Shown here piece after piece: positions 9,810 to 18,415 of a stretch of 64,000 nt of DNA. Every line of letters begins with the position of its first letter. The stretch's first letter is position 1. The stretch covers positions 216-64,215 of the forward strand of contig JBARJU010000095.1 of NCBI GenBank assembly GCA_049800435.1, written 5' to 3'. This stretch comes from Solirubrobacteraceae bacterium. GTDB lineage: Bacteria; Actinomycetota; Thermoleophilia; Solirubrobacterales; Solirubrobacteraceae. A program made the translations under genes and the position numbers. The notes below the pieces were generated by a model. It was not told where the DNA came from and made no database searches. It saw nothing but the letters and a program-made list of their open reading frames with translations.

Positions 9810-10556
9810 TCAGCCGCCGATCGTCCGATCCAGTAGCGCGAACAGCTCGGTGAAGTGCCGCTCCGTGGCTGCCTCATCGTAGGCGGCGGTGTCGCTCATC
9901 GTGTAACCGTGGGCGGCCCCCTCGTAGAGCTCTGAGCGGTACCGCACCCCGGCGTCCTCGAGGGCTTGCTCGAGCGTCGCTACGTGCTCCGGGGTCATGC
10001 TCTGGTCGTTGTCGGCGTGGCCGAAGTAGAGCTCGGCGGAGATCGCGCCCGCGCTCAGGTGCGGACTGTCCTCGTCGTCGCTCACCAGCCCCCCGGTGTG
10101 GAAGGCGGCGAGCGCCGCGACACGCTCCGGATAGGCGGCGGCGATCCGCCAGCCGACGCGCCCACCCATGCAATAGCCGGCGATGGCGAACGGCGGGCTC
10201 GCGAGCTCGCCAAGGTAGCCGAGGTACGCCGCCCCGTCGCTGGCGATCCGCTCTGGCGTCAACTCCGCCATGGCAGGCCTCAGCCGCGCGAAGAACGGAC
10301 CCCGCTGTGCGGGGTCCTCCAGATCGGGGATCTCCATGTTCGACGCCCGGCCGGCGCGATAGAGCACGTTCGGGGCGAGTACGACGAACCCCCGCGCCGC
10401 GATGCGGTCGACCATCTCCTCGATCCGGGGGCGCAAGCCGAAGGCGTCCATGATGAACAGCACACCCGGGTGGCTCCCGTCCTGGCCAGGGGGCCGCGAG
10501 AGGTAGGCGTCCGCCACACCGTCATGGGTGTTGATCTTGACCATCTCGCCTTTCAT
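9810..10556 (-). CDS. Dienelactone hydrolase family protein
   Basis: DAFGLRPRIEEMVDRIAARGFVVLAPN, nucleophile elbow GYCMGG, C-terminal HGY. Confidence 0.85.
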   Translation of the reverse strand: MKGEMVKINTHDGVADAYLSRPPGQDGSHPGVLFIMDAFGLRPRIEEMVDRIAARGFVVLAPNVLYRAGRASNMEIPDLEDPAQRGPFFARLRPAMAELTPERIASDGAAYLGYLGELASPPFAIAGYCMGGRVGWRIAAAYPERVAALAAFHTGGLVSDDEDSPHLSAGAISAELYFGHADNDQSMTPEHVATLEQALEDAGVRYRSELYEGAAHGYTMSDTAAYDEAATERHFTELFALLDRTIGG

Positions 10557-10633
10557 CGCTGCCCGCTCCCAAGTCGGCCGGGGCTCAGCTACTGCCGGTA
10601 GCGATGGCTGCTCTCATCGCTACCGGCGGCTGC

Positions 10634-11038
10634 TCACGTGGCGCTAAGCGCACGCTGCTTAAGGCGCTCGAACTCGGCCTGTGTGATCGAGCCGCTGTCG
10701 AGCAGGCCCTTGGCTTTGTTGATCTGCTCGGTCGGATCGGTTGAGGGAGCGACTGATTGGACATACTCGTCGAACTGCGCCTGCATGGCCTTCTGTCGCG
10801 TCTGGGCTCGTTCGGCCATCCCCTTTTGCTCGGCGATCAGGTACACGAACACGCCAAGGTAGGGCAGCACGACGATGAAGACGATCCACAGCACCTTCGA
10901 GAAACCGGAGGTGTCGTGGCGGCGGAAGATGTCCCCGAGCACCGTGAACAGGATCCACAGCCACACGACAAACGCAAAGAAGATCAACATTGTCCAGAAC
11001 ACTTCGAGGAACGGGTAGCTGCTTGCTGCAAGAACCAT
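10634..11038 (-). CDS. PLDc_N + SHOCT domain membrane protein
   Basis: Two TM helices with LWIVFIVVLPYLGVFVYLI (PLD nuclease N-terminal-type). C-terminal LLDSGSITQAEFERLKQRAL (SHOCT). Confidence 0.75.
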   Translation of the reverse strand: MVLAASSYPFLEVFWTMLIFFAFVVWLWILFTVLGDIFRRHDTSGFSKVLWIVFIVVLPYLGVFVYLIAEQKGMAERAQTRQKAMQAQFDEYVQSVAPSTDPTEQINKAKGLLDSGSITQAEFERLKQRALSAT

Positions 11039-11289
11039 CGGGCCGTCCTATCGGTCGAGTTAGATATCCGTCCCCTTGCCAAGTGGCCAGCGGACGCCGA
11101 GCGCCGGTTTGTTGGACAAGAGCTTGACGCAGGCGGGAACCGCCGTCATCGCGTTGGCGCCGCATTCCCGGTCAGTAGTTTCGCGCAGCGATCGCCTCGT
11201 CGAGATTGTCGGGACGGGGGCTCGCAACCGCCATCGGCCCGGATGGGCTCCCGCGGCCGACTTCGGCCCGGGTGAGCTCCGCGGCTTCG

Positions 11290-12084
11290 CTAGTGCTTAG
11301 GGCACGGCACAGTCGGGTCGACTCTGACGGTTTCGCCGCTCAGAAACGTCACTTCGACTCGGCCGGTAAAGCCGCCTTTGGGGCATTTCTTTGGCACGGT
11401 GCCGTAGGAGATCAGCTTTTTGCCGCTCTTGTAGGCGGCACCCACCTTGCCCTTGATCGAGAACACCGATGCGTATGGGGCTCCGGGGACCGTTTCCACG
11501 AGCGGCACGGGCACCGTGAGCTTGGGGCCGAACGGGGGAGGGGCCGTGGAGAGACTGCCTACGGCCAGGACTTCAAGCTGTGCGGGTGAGTTGCCTTCTG
11601 TGTAGAACGCCAGTCCTCCGCCCGGGGCGAAGAACGCCTGGACGGTCGCTTTCTCGTTCACGCGCGTTCCGCCGAAGCTCACGACTCCGAGCACTTCGCC
11701 GGGGGGCCCGGCCACCGAGCGCTTCGGACACTTCTGCACTTCGTGGCTTTCGAGGGTCGCCATCGGGCATGTGGCGAAGCCCTGTGTGTGCAGCTTCACG
11801 CCCGCGGGAAGCTCAGCCACGACCTTCGTCACCGGCGAGGGAAAACCGCCGTATTCGGTGCCGCTGATTTTCAGTTCGGCTTCCAGTCCGGCCCCGGCGC
11901 CGAGGATGTTGCCCGTTCCCGGATAGGTCGGGCTGTGAGGCGAGCCTGGGTTGATCGGGATCGGCACGATCTTCGCCCTGACGGTCACCGCCGGCGCGGC
12001 CGATGTCGTCGCCGTAAACGCAAGCGCCATCCATGCCACGCAACAGACCGTCAATGCACTTCGACTTGTGCCCCTCGCTCGCAT
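11290..12084 (-). CDS. Secreted hypothetical protein (chromosomal paralog of 53385..54206)
   Basis: Signal peptide. Shares colinear motifs with the element-borne 273-aa protein: VPIP, TGN..G.GA.LEA, HT.GFA.C, CP.RS, QAFF..GGG, GAAY, PK.CP.GG, PC.K. Confidence 0.7.
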   Translation of the reverse strand: MRARGTSRSALTVCCVAWMALAFTATTSAAPAVTVRAKIVPIPINPGSPHSPTYPGTGNILGAGAGLEAELKISGTEYGGFPSPVTKVVAELPAGVKLHTQGFATCPMATLESHEVQKCPKRSVAGPPGEVLGVVSFGGTRVNEKATVQAFFAPGGGLAFYTEGNSPAQLEVLAVGSLSTAPPPFGPKLTVPVPLVETVPGAPYASVFSIKGKVGAAYKSGKKLISYGTVPKKCPKGGFTGRVEVTFLSGETVRVDPTVPCPKH

Positions 12085-12169
12085 CGTCGTCTCCCTCTTC
12101 GCTCGTGTTCCTCACGTTCCCGGCTACAAGCATAGCCCCGCGAATTCGGCAAGCCAATACCGTTAGTCC

Positions 12170-13045
12170 GTGTCCGTCGCCCTCGACGCCGAGTTCCTCG
12201 ATGTTCTCGGCCTACGAACCCGTTATCTGGTGCGCGGATCGGGGCCGCCCGTGCTCGTGCTTCACGGTTGGGGCGCCTCGATCGAGGCCGTCTACCCGAT
12301 CGTGACGGGCCTCGCTTCCGTGGCCACCGTATACGCGCTCGACCTGCCCGGCTTTGGCGAGAGCGACATGCCCACCGGGCCGTGGGGGGTTGAGGACTAC
12401 CAGGCGCACGCGGTCGCCTTCATGGACGCGCTCCAGATCGAGGCGCCGGCGATCGTGGGGCACTCCAACGGCGGGCGCATCGCGATCCGGATGGCCTCCA
12501 GCGAACCGACTCGCGCGTCGCGGCTCGTCTTGGTCGACTCCGCCGGCATCCGCCCGAGACGCACCTTGCGCTGGTATCGCCGCGTCGGGATGGCGAAGGT
12601 GGGCAAGCATGCGGCACGCTTTCTCGGCGCGCCCGGGGAGCGCTTGCGCTCGCTGCTGGTGGGTCGCGCCGGCTCGGCTGACTATCTCGCGGCCGGGGCC
12701 ATGCGGCCGACGCTCGTGCGGCTCGTAAACGCCGACCTGCGCCCATACATGTCGGGGATCGCGATTCCCACGCTGCTCGTGTGGGGCTCGGAGGACTCGG
12801 ACACACCGCTCTCGGCCGCGCGCGAGATGGAGCGCTTGATTCCCGACGCTGGTCTCGTCGTGCTCGAGGGCGCGGGCCACTACTCCTATCTCGACCAGCC
12901 CGCACGCTTCGCGCGGATTGTGTCGCACTTCATCGCACCCCCAGCCACAGGTGGGAGCCATGCTTCAGAGCTGTCCCAACGCGCGCGTGGGGCGAGCCTT
13001 TCGCGGGAAGACGCGCCCAGCGAGTCCGGGGAGAACTCGTCGTGA
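12170..13045 (+). CDS. Alpha/beta hydrolase
   Basis: LVLHGWGAS, nucleophile elbow GHSNGG, C-terminal GAGHYSYLDQP. The stop overlaps the next gene start as GTGA. Confidence 0.85.
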   Translation: MSVALDAEFLDVLGLRTRYLVRGSGPPVLVLHGWGASIEAVYPIVTGLASVATVYALDLPGFGESDMPTGPWGVEDYQAHAVAFMDALQIEAPAIVGHSNGGRIAIRMASSEPTRASRLVLVDSAGIRPRRTLRWYRRVGMAKVGKHAARFLGAPGERLRSLLVGRAGSADYLAAGAMRPTLVRLVNADLRPYMSGIAIPTLLVWGSEDSDTPLSAAREMERLIPDAGLVVLEGAGHYSYLDQPARFARIVSHFIAPPATGGSHASELSQRARGASLSREDAPSESGENSS

Positions 13046-14757
13046 GCGCGTTCGAGGGCGTCGCGACGGTTCTGGCCTTGCTTGCGCTCGCGGTCCGCCT
13101 CGCCGGTCGTCAGCACCGCCTGCTTCACCTCCTCCAACTCGAGCACTACGAGCCCGCCCGGCTGATGCTGTGGTTGCGCCGACGCGGCGAGCTATTCGCT
13201 CCCCGCGAGCTCGCGATCGTCGCGCTGCTGTTCGCCGGGGCGCTGGCGGCCTCCTCGTTGGGCTCCGGCTGGCTGTGTGGGGCGCTGCTGCTGCTGGTCA
13301 TCCCGGTCGCGGCTCTCGGTGTGGCCGACTGGCGGCGCGAGGCGCTCAAGCCGCTCGTGCTCACCGGCCGGGCGAAGCGTCTCCTCATGGTCGCGCTCGC
13401 GCCTTCTGTGCTGCTCGCGATCGCGGCCCTCGCGGTGAGCGTGGGCGGCGAGACGACCACGACCGCGCTGGCGATCCTGCTGGCGTCTGGCCTGCTCTTG
13501 CTCGGCGGGGCTCCGTGGACGCTGCTTGGCGCAAACCTCGCCTTGCGCCCAGTCCAGGGCAGGATCGACGGGCGCTATGTCCAGCGCGCGCGGCGCTCGC
13601 TGCGTGAGTGGGAGCCCTTGGTGGTGGGGATCACGGGCAGCTACGGCAAGACCACCACCAAGTTCTGCGTCGGGGCAGTGCTCGAGGCCGACCGTCCCAC
13701 GCTCGTCACGCCGGAGAGCTACAACAGCTTTCTCGGGGTGATCCGCACGATCAACGAGCACCTGCGCGCGTCCCACCGCGCGTTTGTGGTGGAGATGGGG
13801 ATGTTCCGTCGCGGGGACATCGCCGAGCTGTGCGACCTCGTGCATCCGACCGTCGGGGTGATCACGGCGATTGGCCCGATGCACCTCGAGCGGCTCGGAT
13901 CGATCGAGCAGATCGTTGCCGCCAAGGGCGAGCTGCTGGATGCGCTGCCCCCTGAGGGACACTTCGTCACGAACGCCAACGACCCGCGCTGCCTCGAGCT
14001 CGCTGCCCGCGCCGACGTTCCGGTCACGCTGTTCGGTATCGACGATCCATATTCCCCGGCCGTGGACGCAGCGGCGCCACATAGCGCCCTGGCGCCGCCA
14101 AGAACGCCCCTCCTATCCAAAGAAAAAGCGGCACACGCGCAGGTCCTCGCGCGGGACATACGACTCGCTGACGGTCGCACCGCATTCAACCTCCACCTCG
14201 ACGGCCCCGACAGCCCGCCGATCGCCGTCTCGGCCGGCCTGCTCGGGCGTCACAACGTCTCCAACCTGCTCGCCGCCGCCGCGGTGGGGCGTGTGCTCGA
14301 CATCCCCTCGGCGCGCATCGTCGAGGGACTTGCGCGTGTACGGGCCCCGGCGCACCGTCTGCATCCGATCCACAACCGCCGTGCGGGGATCGTGGTGATC
14401 GACGATGCCTACAACTCGAATCCAGAGGGCGCCGCCGCGGCCCTGGAGGTCCTGCGCGAGCACCCCGCCACTCGCCGTCTGCTCGTGACCCCGGGGATGG
14501 TGGAGCTCGGGGACTCCGAGGAGCACTTCAACCGCCGCTTCGGCGAGCAGGCGGGCACGGTCTGCGATCTCGCGATCCTGGTCGGGCCGGCCCGCACCGT
14601 CCCGATTGGCGAAGGCCTGATCGCCGCCGGTCTCCACGCCACGAGCATCCACGTGGTGCGCGACATCGTCGAGGCCACCGCCCTGCTCGGCCGCCTCACG
14701 CGCGCCGGCGATGTCGTCCTGTTCGAGAACGACCTCCCCGACACCTACGCCGCATAA
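13042..14757 (+). CDS. Mur ligase family protein (MurF-like catalytic and C-terminal domains) with an N-terminal multi-TM domain
   Basis: P-loop VVGITGSYGKTTTK and DDAYNSNPEGAAAAL (MurF-type DxYNANP). The first ~170 aa are hydrophobic helices rather than a UDP-binding N-domain. Preferred start GTG 13042 (VSAFEGV...), in frame with track ORF 12781..14757. Confidence 0.8.
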   Translation: MSAFEGVATVLALLALAVRLAGRQHRLLHLLQLEHYEPARLMLWLRRRGELFAPRELAIVALLFAGALAASSLGSGWLCGALLLLVIPVAALGVADWRREALKPLVLTGRAKRLLMVALAPSVLLAIAALAVSVGGETTTTALAILLASGLLLLGGAPWTLLGANLALRPVQGRIDGRYVQRARRSLREWEPLVVGITGSYGKTTTKFCVGAVLEADRPTLVTPESYNSFLGVIRTINEHLRASHRAFVVEMGMFRRGDIAELCDLVHPTVGVITAIGPMHLERLGSIEQIVAAKGELLDALPPEGHFVTNANDPRCLELAARADVPVTLFGIDDPYSPAVDAAAPHSALAPPRTPLLSKEKAAHAQVLARDIRLADGRTAFNLHLDGPDSPPIAVSAGLLGRHNVSNLLAAAAVGRVLDIPSARIVEGLARVRAPAHRLHPIHNRRAGIVVIDDAYNSNPEGAAAALEVLREHPATRRLLVTPGMVELGDSEEHFNRRFGEQAGTVCDLAILVGPARTVPIGEGLIAAGLHATSIHVVRDIVEATALLGRLTRAGDVVLFENDLPDTYAA

Positions 14758-14769
14758 GCTACGACCCGT

Positions 14770-16050
14770 ATGCCTCCAAGCGGATTGAGAGTGGGCGTCG
14801 CCTTTGGCGGGCGCTCGGTGGAGCACGACGTCTCCATCGTCACGGGCCTCCAGGCCCTGAGCGTGCTCGAGGAGCGCCACTCGCCCGTGCCCATCTATAT
14901 CGCCCGCAGCGGGCGCTGGTACACCGGGGAGGCGTTGCGCGAACTGTCGGTCTACCAGCGAGACCCCCCATCGCGGGGGACCCCCGGTCGCGGGGGGCAC
15001 CCTGAAGGGCACAAGCAGGCAGGCGGCGGCGATCCCGACGCCGAGGAGATTCACCTCGATCTGCATCGCGGCCGCTTGCTGCGGGCCGCGACGGGGGGGT
15101 CGTTGCTGCGCCCCCCATGGCGGGGGACAGGCTCGCGCCGCTCGGGTGGGCGGGGCAACCAATCAATCGAGCTGGATGTGGTCGTTCTGGCCACACATGG
15201 CACCCAGGGAGAGGACGGCTGTTTGCAGGGCGCCCTGGAGCTTGCTCGCCTCCCGTACGTGGGGCCGCCCGTCGGGGCGGCCGCCGCGGCGATGGACAAG
15301 GTCATGACGAAGGCTGTGCTCGCGCAGGCGACCCTGCCTTCGCTCGGGCATCTCGCGCTGCGCCGCGAGGAGTGGGATATGGACAAAAGCGCTTGTCCCA
15401 CGCGTGCGCGTGGGGCATTCGATTTTCCGATGTACGTCAAGCCCGCCTCGCTCGGCTCGAGCGTCGGGGTGAGCCGCTGCTCGAGCGACGCAGAGTTGCT
15501 CGACGCGCTCGAGCTGTGTTTTGAGCTCGACCGCGCCTGCATCGTCGAACCCTCCGTGGAGGGTGGCATCGAGGTCAACTGCGCCGTCATCGGCCGTCCC
15601 GGCGTCGAGCCGCGCGCGTCGGTCTGCGAGCAGCCTGTCGCGGCCGAGAGCTTTCTCTCCTTCGAGGACAAGTACATGGGTGGCGCCAAGAGCTCGGGCA
15701 TGAAGGGCGCCCAGCGCCTGATTCCGGCCCCGATCTCCGATGGGCTGACCGCGCAGGTGCGGGATCTGGCCAAGCGGGCCTTCACAGCCTTCGGGTGCGC
15801 AGGCGTGACTCGCGTGGACTTCCTGATCGATTCCTCCGAGCGGGTCTACATCAACGAGCTCAACACGATCCCCGGCTCGTTCTCGTTTTATCTGTGGGAG
15901 CCCGCCGGCGTGCCGTTTGCACGGCTGATGGACGATCTGATCGACCTTGCCCTTGACGAGCACCGGGAGAAGCTGCGCACGACGACCGTGTTCGCCACCA
16001 ACCTGCTTGCCGAGCGCGCCTCCGGCCCGAAGACGGGGGACAAGGCGTGA
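14770..16050 (+). CDS. ddl: D-alanine--D-alanine ligase (long DdlA-type) with a Gly/Arg/Pro-rich insertion
   Basis: VGVAFGGRSVEHDVSIVTG, HGTQGEDGCLQGALELARLPYVG, YVKPASLGSSVGVS, RVDFLI, YINELNTIPG. Confidence 0.85.
   Translation: MPPSGLRVGVAFGGRSVEHDVSIVTGLQALSVLEERHSPVPIYIARSGRWYTGEALRELSVYQRDPPSRGTPGRGGHPEGHKQAGGGDPDAEEIHLDLHRGRLLRAATGGSLLRPPWRGTGSRRSGGRGNQSIELDVVVLATHGTQGEDGCLQGALELARLPYVGPPVGAAAAAMDKVMTKAVLAQATLPSLGHLALRREEWDMDKSACPTRARGAFDFPMYVKPASLGSSVGVSRCSSDAELLDALELCFELDRACIVEPSVEGGIEVNCAVIGRPGVEPRASVCEQPVAAESFLSFEDKYMGGAKSSGMKGAQRLIPAPISDGLTAQVRDLAKRAFTAFGCAGVTRVDFLIDSSERVYINELNTIPGSFSFYLWEPAGVPFARLMDDLIDLALDEHREKLRTTTVFATNLLAERASGPKTGDKA
14964..15128 (+). repeat. 18-bp direct repeats (CCCCCCATCGCGGGGGAC / CCCCCCATGGCGGGGGAC) exactly 147 bp apart, bracketing a homopolymer-rich segment inside ddl
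   Basis: Copies at 14964..14981 and 15111..15128, 17/18 identical, in the same codon phase (PPSRGT / PPWRGT). C6, G5, C5, G6, G7, C6 and G5 runs lie in or at the segment. Confidence 0.9.
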
Positions 16051-16092
16051 GCCGGGGGATGCGAGGCGGTTGTCGCGCCGATTCGAGTGCCC

Positions 16093-16108
16093 CCCACGCG
16101 CGCGTGGG
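16093..16108. repeat. Perfect 16-bp palindrome CCCACGCGCGCGTGGG between the two ddl genes (related copies at 12975..12991 and 15397..15414)
   Basis: Read directly. Copy 12975..12991 CCCAACGCGCGCGTGGG. Copy 15397..15414 CCCACGCG-TG-CGCGTGGG. Confidence 0.85.
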
Positions 16109-16126
16109 ACAGGCCCAAGAGCGAGC

Positions 16127-16166
16127 ATGAGCAACGGGCCGGCAATATGAGCAACGGGCCGGCAAT
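16127..16166 (+). repeat. Perfect 20-bp tandem duplication ATGAGCAACGGGCCGGCAAT x2 spanning the ddl start codon; creates a 7-codon uORF (16127..16150)
   Basis: 16127..16146 is identical to 16147..16166. The first ATG reads MSNGPAI-stop, and its TGA (16148..16150) overlaps the second ATG (16147). Confidence 0.9.
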
Positions 16167-17103
16167 CGTCGCCATGGGCGGGCGCTCGCTCGAGCGCGAG
16201 ATCTCGCTGCGCTCCGGCCATCGCGTCGAGCGGGCCCTGCGCTCGCTCGGCTACACCGTCCACGCGCTGGATGTCGATGGCGACTTCGTCGACCGCGTCA
16301 TCGCCGAGCAGCCCCGCTTCGTGTTCGTCGCGATGCACGGACGCGGTGGCGAGGACGGCACCCTGCAAGACCTGCTCGAGACGCTCGGGGTGCGGTACAC
16401 GGGCTCCGATCCACTCGCGAGCGCCCTGTGCATGGACAAGATGCTGTTCAAGCGGATGCTCCGCTTGCACGGCGTCCCCACGCCCGCCTTCCACAGCTTC
16501 AACGAGACCGCCTTTCGCGAGCTCGGCGGCGCGCGTACATTTCCGAGGCTACTCGAGGAGCTCAAGCTCCCGGCCGTGGTCAAGCCGGTCGCGCAGGGCT
16601 CGGCGATCGGGATCAAGTTCGTCGCGACCGCCGCTCAGCTCCCGAGCGCGATCCTCGGCGCGTTTGGCTATGGCGACCGCGTGCTGGTCGAGGAGCGCAT
16701 CGTCGGGCGCGAGCTGGCCGTCACGATAGTGGACACCGCCGGCCCTGCGCGGAGCCCGCGCGCGCTGCCGATCGTAGAGTTGTTCACGCCCGAGAGCTTC
16801 TACAGCTACGAAGCCCACTACACGATCGGCCAGTTGCGCATGGAGGTGCCCGCCGAGCTCTCCGAGGAGGTGCGCATGCGGGTGGAACGGGTGGCGCTCG
16901 AGAGCTACACGCTGATGGGCTGTCGCGACTTCGCGCGCGTCGACTTGATCCTCGACGAGCGCGAGCAGCCTCAGGTGCTCGAGATCAACACGATCCCCGG
17001 GCTCACCGAGACAGGGATCACCACCGCGGCGGCCGAGGCCGCCGGGATGACATTCGCGGAGCTGGTCGCCGCGATCGTCGCGCGCGTCGTCGCGGCCTCC
17101 TGA
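16147..17103 (+). CDS. ddl: D-alanine--D-alanine ligase (short DdlB-type)
   Basis: VAMGGRSLEREISLRSG, HGRGGEDGTLQDLLETLGVRYTGS, VVKPVAQGSAIGI, ARVDLIL, VLEINTIPG. Start taken at the second copy of the duplicated ATG. Confidence 0.85.
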   Translation: MSNGPAIVAMGGRSLEREISLRSGHRVERALRSLGYTVHALDVDGDFVDRVIAEQPRFVFVAMHGRGGEDGTLQDLLETLGVRYTGSDPLASALCMDKMLFKRMLRLHGVPTPAFHSFNETAFRELGGARTFPRLLEELKLPAVVKPVAQGSAIGIKFVATAAQLPSAILGAFGYGDRVLVEERIVGRELAVTIVDTAGPARSPRALPIVELFTPESFYSYEAHYTIGQLRMEVPAELSEEVRMRVERVALESYTLMGCRDFARVDLILDEREQPQVLEINTIPGLTETGITTAAAEAAGMTFAELVAAIVARVVAAS

Positions 17104-17117
17104 GGCCCTATGCAGGC

Positions 17118-17152
17118 GGTGCGGTTTGACTCGCGAGGAGTTCCAACCGCAC
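17118..17152 (+). terminator. Hairpin downstream of ddl (GTGCGGTT ... AACCGCAC)
   Basis: 8-bp perfect stem with about 18-nt loop, 15 nt after the ddl stop. No T-tract. Confidence 0.3.
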
Positions 17153-17280
17153 GATGATGTAGCGTTTTCACCAACAGACGACTGTATTCTGGGATACGTG
17201 GCCGGCTGCTCTGTCTGAGCGTGCCGCCGCGGGGTACCGAGAACACATGGACATGCGGCTTGGGACGAGGTGAGATCGCG

Positions 17281-18150
17281 ATGCACGAGGACGACGAGCA
17301 GCAGGAGGGCACCACGACGGGCGACACCGAGGAGGAGACTCCGGAGGCCCCCTCGACGACCCCCCCTGGACCGCGAATCAAACCGGCCCCCGATCCGCGC
17401 TTGTCGCGCTCGCTCGAATATGGGATTGCGATCTTGGAGTCATTCTCGGGCGAGCGTCAAGCGCTCGGGATCGCCGAGATGGCTGACATCGTGGGGATCA
17501 GCCGCTCGACCACTCATCGCTATGCGATGACGCTCGTCGCGCTCGGCTTTCTGGAGCAGGACCCCAAGCGCCGGTATCGCTTGGCGCGGCACGCTGCCGG
17601 CCCCGGGGCATCGGCGATCGGGACGATTCGTCGGCTGATCCCCGCGCGAGCCGTGCTCGAGGAGCTGCGCGAGGAGACAGGTCACACGGTCAGCATGGGC
17701 GTGCTGGAGGGCGCGCGCGTCATCTACGTGTACCGACTGCTGGGGCACCGCCGTGGCCAGTACGCGGTCGACGGAGACCTGGGAGTCGGGGCGCACATTC
17801 CCGTGCACTGCACCGCGCTCGGCAAGGTCCTGTTGGCGAGCCTGTCCGACGCCGAGCGCCGCGAGCTGCTCGCGAGGATCGAGTTGGTGCGGCACGGCCC
17901 GGGCACGATCACGGGGAAGAAGCAGCTCGCGGCTGAGCTCGACCGGATCAGCCCTCGCGGCGTCGTGGTCAGCGACGAAGAGCATGCTCGCGGCGCGCGC
18001 TCGATTGCGGTGCTCGTGCCGCGTCCTCGCAGCGAGCACCCGCTCGCGATCGATGTCACCGTCCCCTCGGGCGCCTACACGGTCGACCGGCTCGTCAAGA
18101 GCATGGGGCCCCGCCTCAAGCGGGCAGCCCGGCTGATCTCGGGAGTGTGA
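17281..18150 (+). CDS. IclR family transcriptional regulator
   Basis: LEYGIAILESFSGERQALGIAEMADIVGISRSTTHRYAMTLVALGFLEQD plus a C-terminal IclR effector-domain pattern. ATG 17281 preferred. Confidence 0.85.
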   Translation: MHEDDEQQEGTTTGDTEEETPEAPSTTPPGPRIKPAPDPRLSRSLEYGIAILESFSGERQALGIAEMADIVGISRSTTHRYAMTLVALGFLEQDPKRRYRLARHAAGPGASAIGTIRRLIPARAVLEELREETGHTVSMGVLEGARVIYVYRLLGHRRGQYAVDGDLGVGAHIPVHCTALGKVLLASLSDAERRELLARIELVRHGPGTITGKKQLAAELDRISPRGVVVSDEEHARGARSIAVLVPRPRSEHPLAIDVTVPSGAYTVDRLVKSMGPRLKRAARLISGV

Positions 18151-18415
18151 GGGCGGTGTAGCACTCGCGGTGGTAGTAGGCGGCAGCCGCTGCTTCGAGG
18201 TCGGGCTCAGCCGCGCGCGAAGTCGTGCGCGTACCCCCATTGTCGCGGGCGACAAGTGGCTCGTAGATCCCGATCACATCGCCACAGTCATCGCACACAA
18301 AGAGCTCCATCGCTCCAGTCGCCGGCGCCTCGTGGCGGCGCGGCGGTTGCAGAGGATCGTCACATGTCCGCGGATGCTCAGCGTCGATCCTGACCCCCGT
18401 CTCCGAGTTGCTCAT
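18116..18415 (-). CDS. Small hypothetical protein with CxxC...HxxC (zinc-ribbon-like), translationally coupled to the response regulator
   Basis: ATGA overlap with the regulator stop at 18412..18415. FVCDDCGDV...YYHRECY. The 3' end overlaps the convergent IclR gene by 35 nt, so coding status is uncertain. Confidence 0.4.
   Translation of the reverse strand: MSNSETGVRIDAEHPRTCDDPLQPPRRHEAPATGAMELFVCDDCGDVIGIYEPLVARDNGGTRTTSRAAEPDLEAAAAAYYHRECYTALTLPRSAGLPA

Noticed and set aside
13192-16494. Long minus-strand ORFs 13192..14082 (296 aa), 14113..15162 (349 aa) and 15163..16494 (443 aa), antisense to the Mur-ligase and ddl genes.
   Set aside because: Arg/Gly/Ala/Pro-dominated translations with no motifs. 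They are typical GC-driven shadow ORFs opposite genes that carry unambiguous catalytic motifs on the plus strand.
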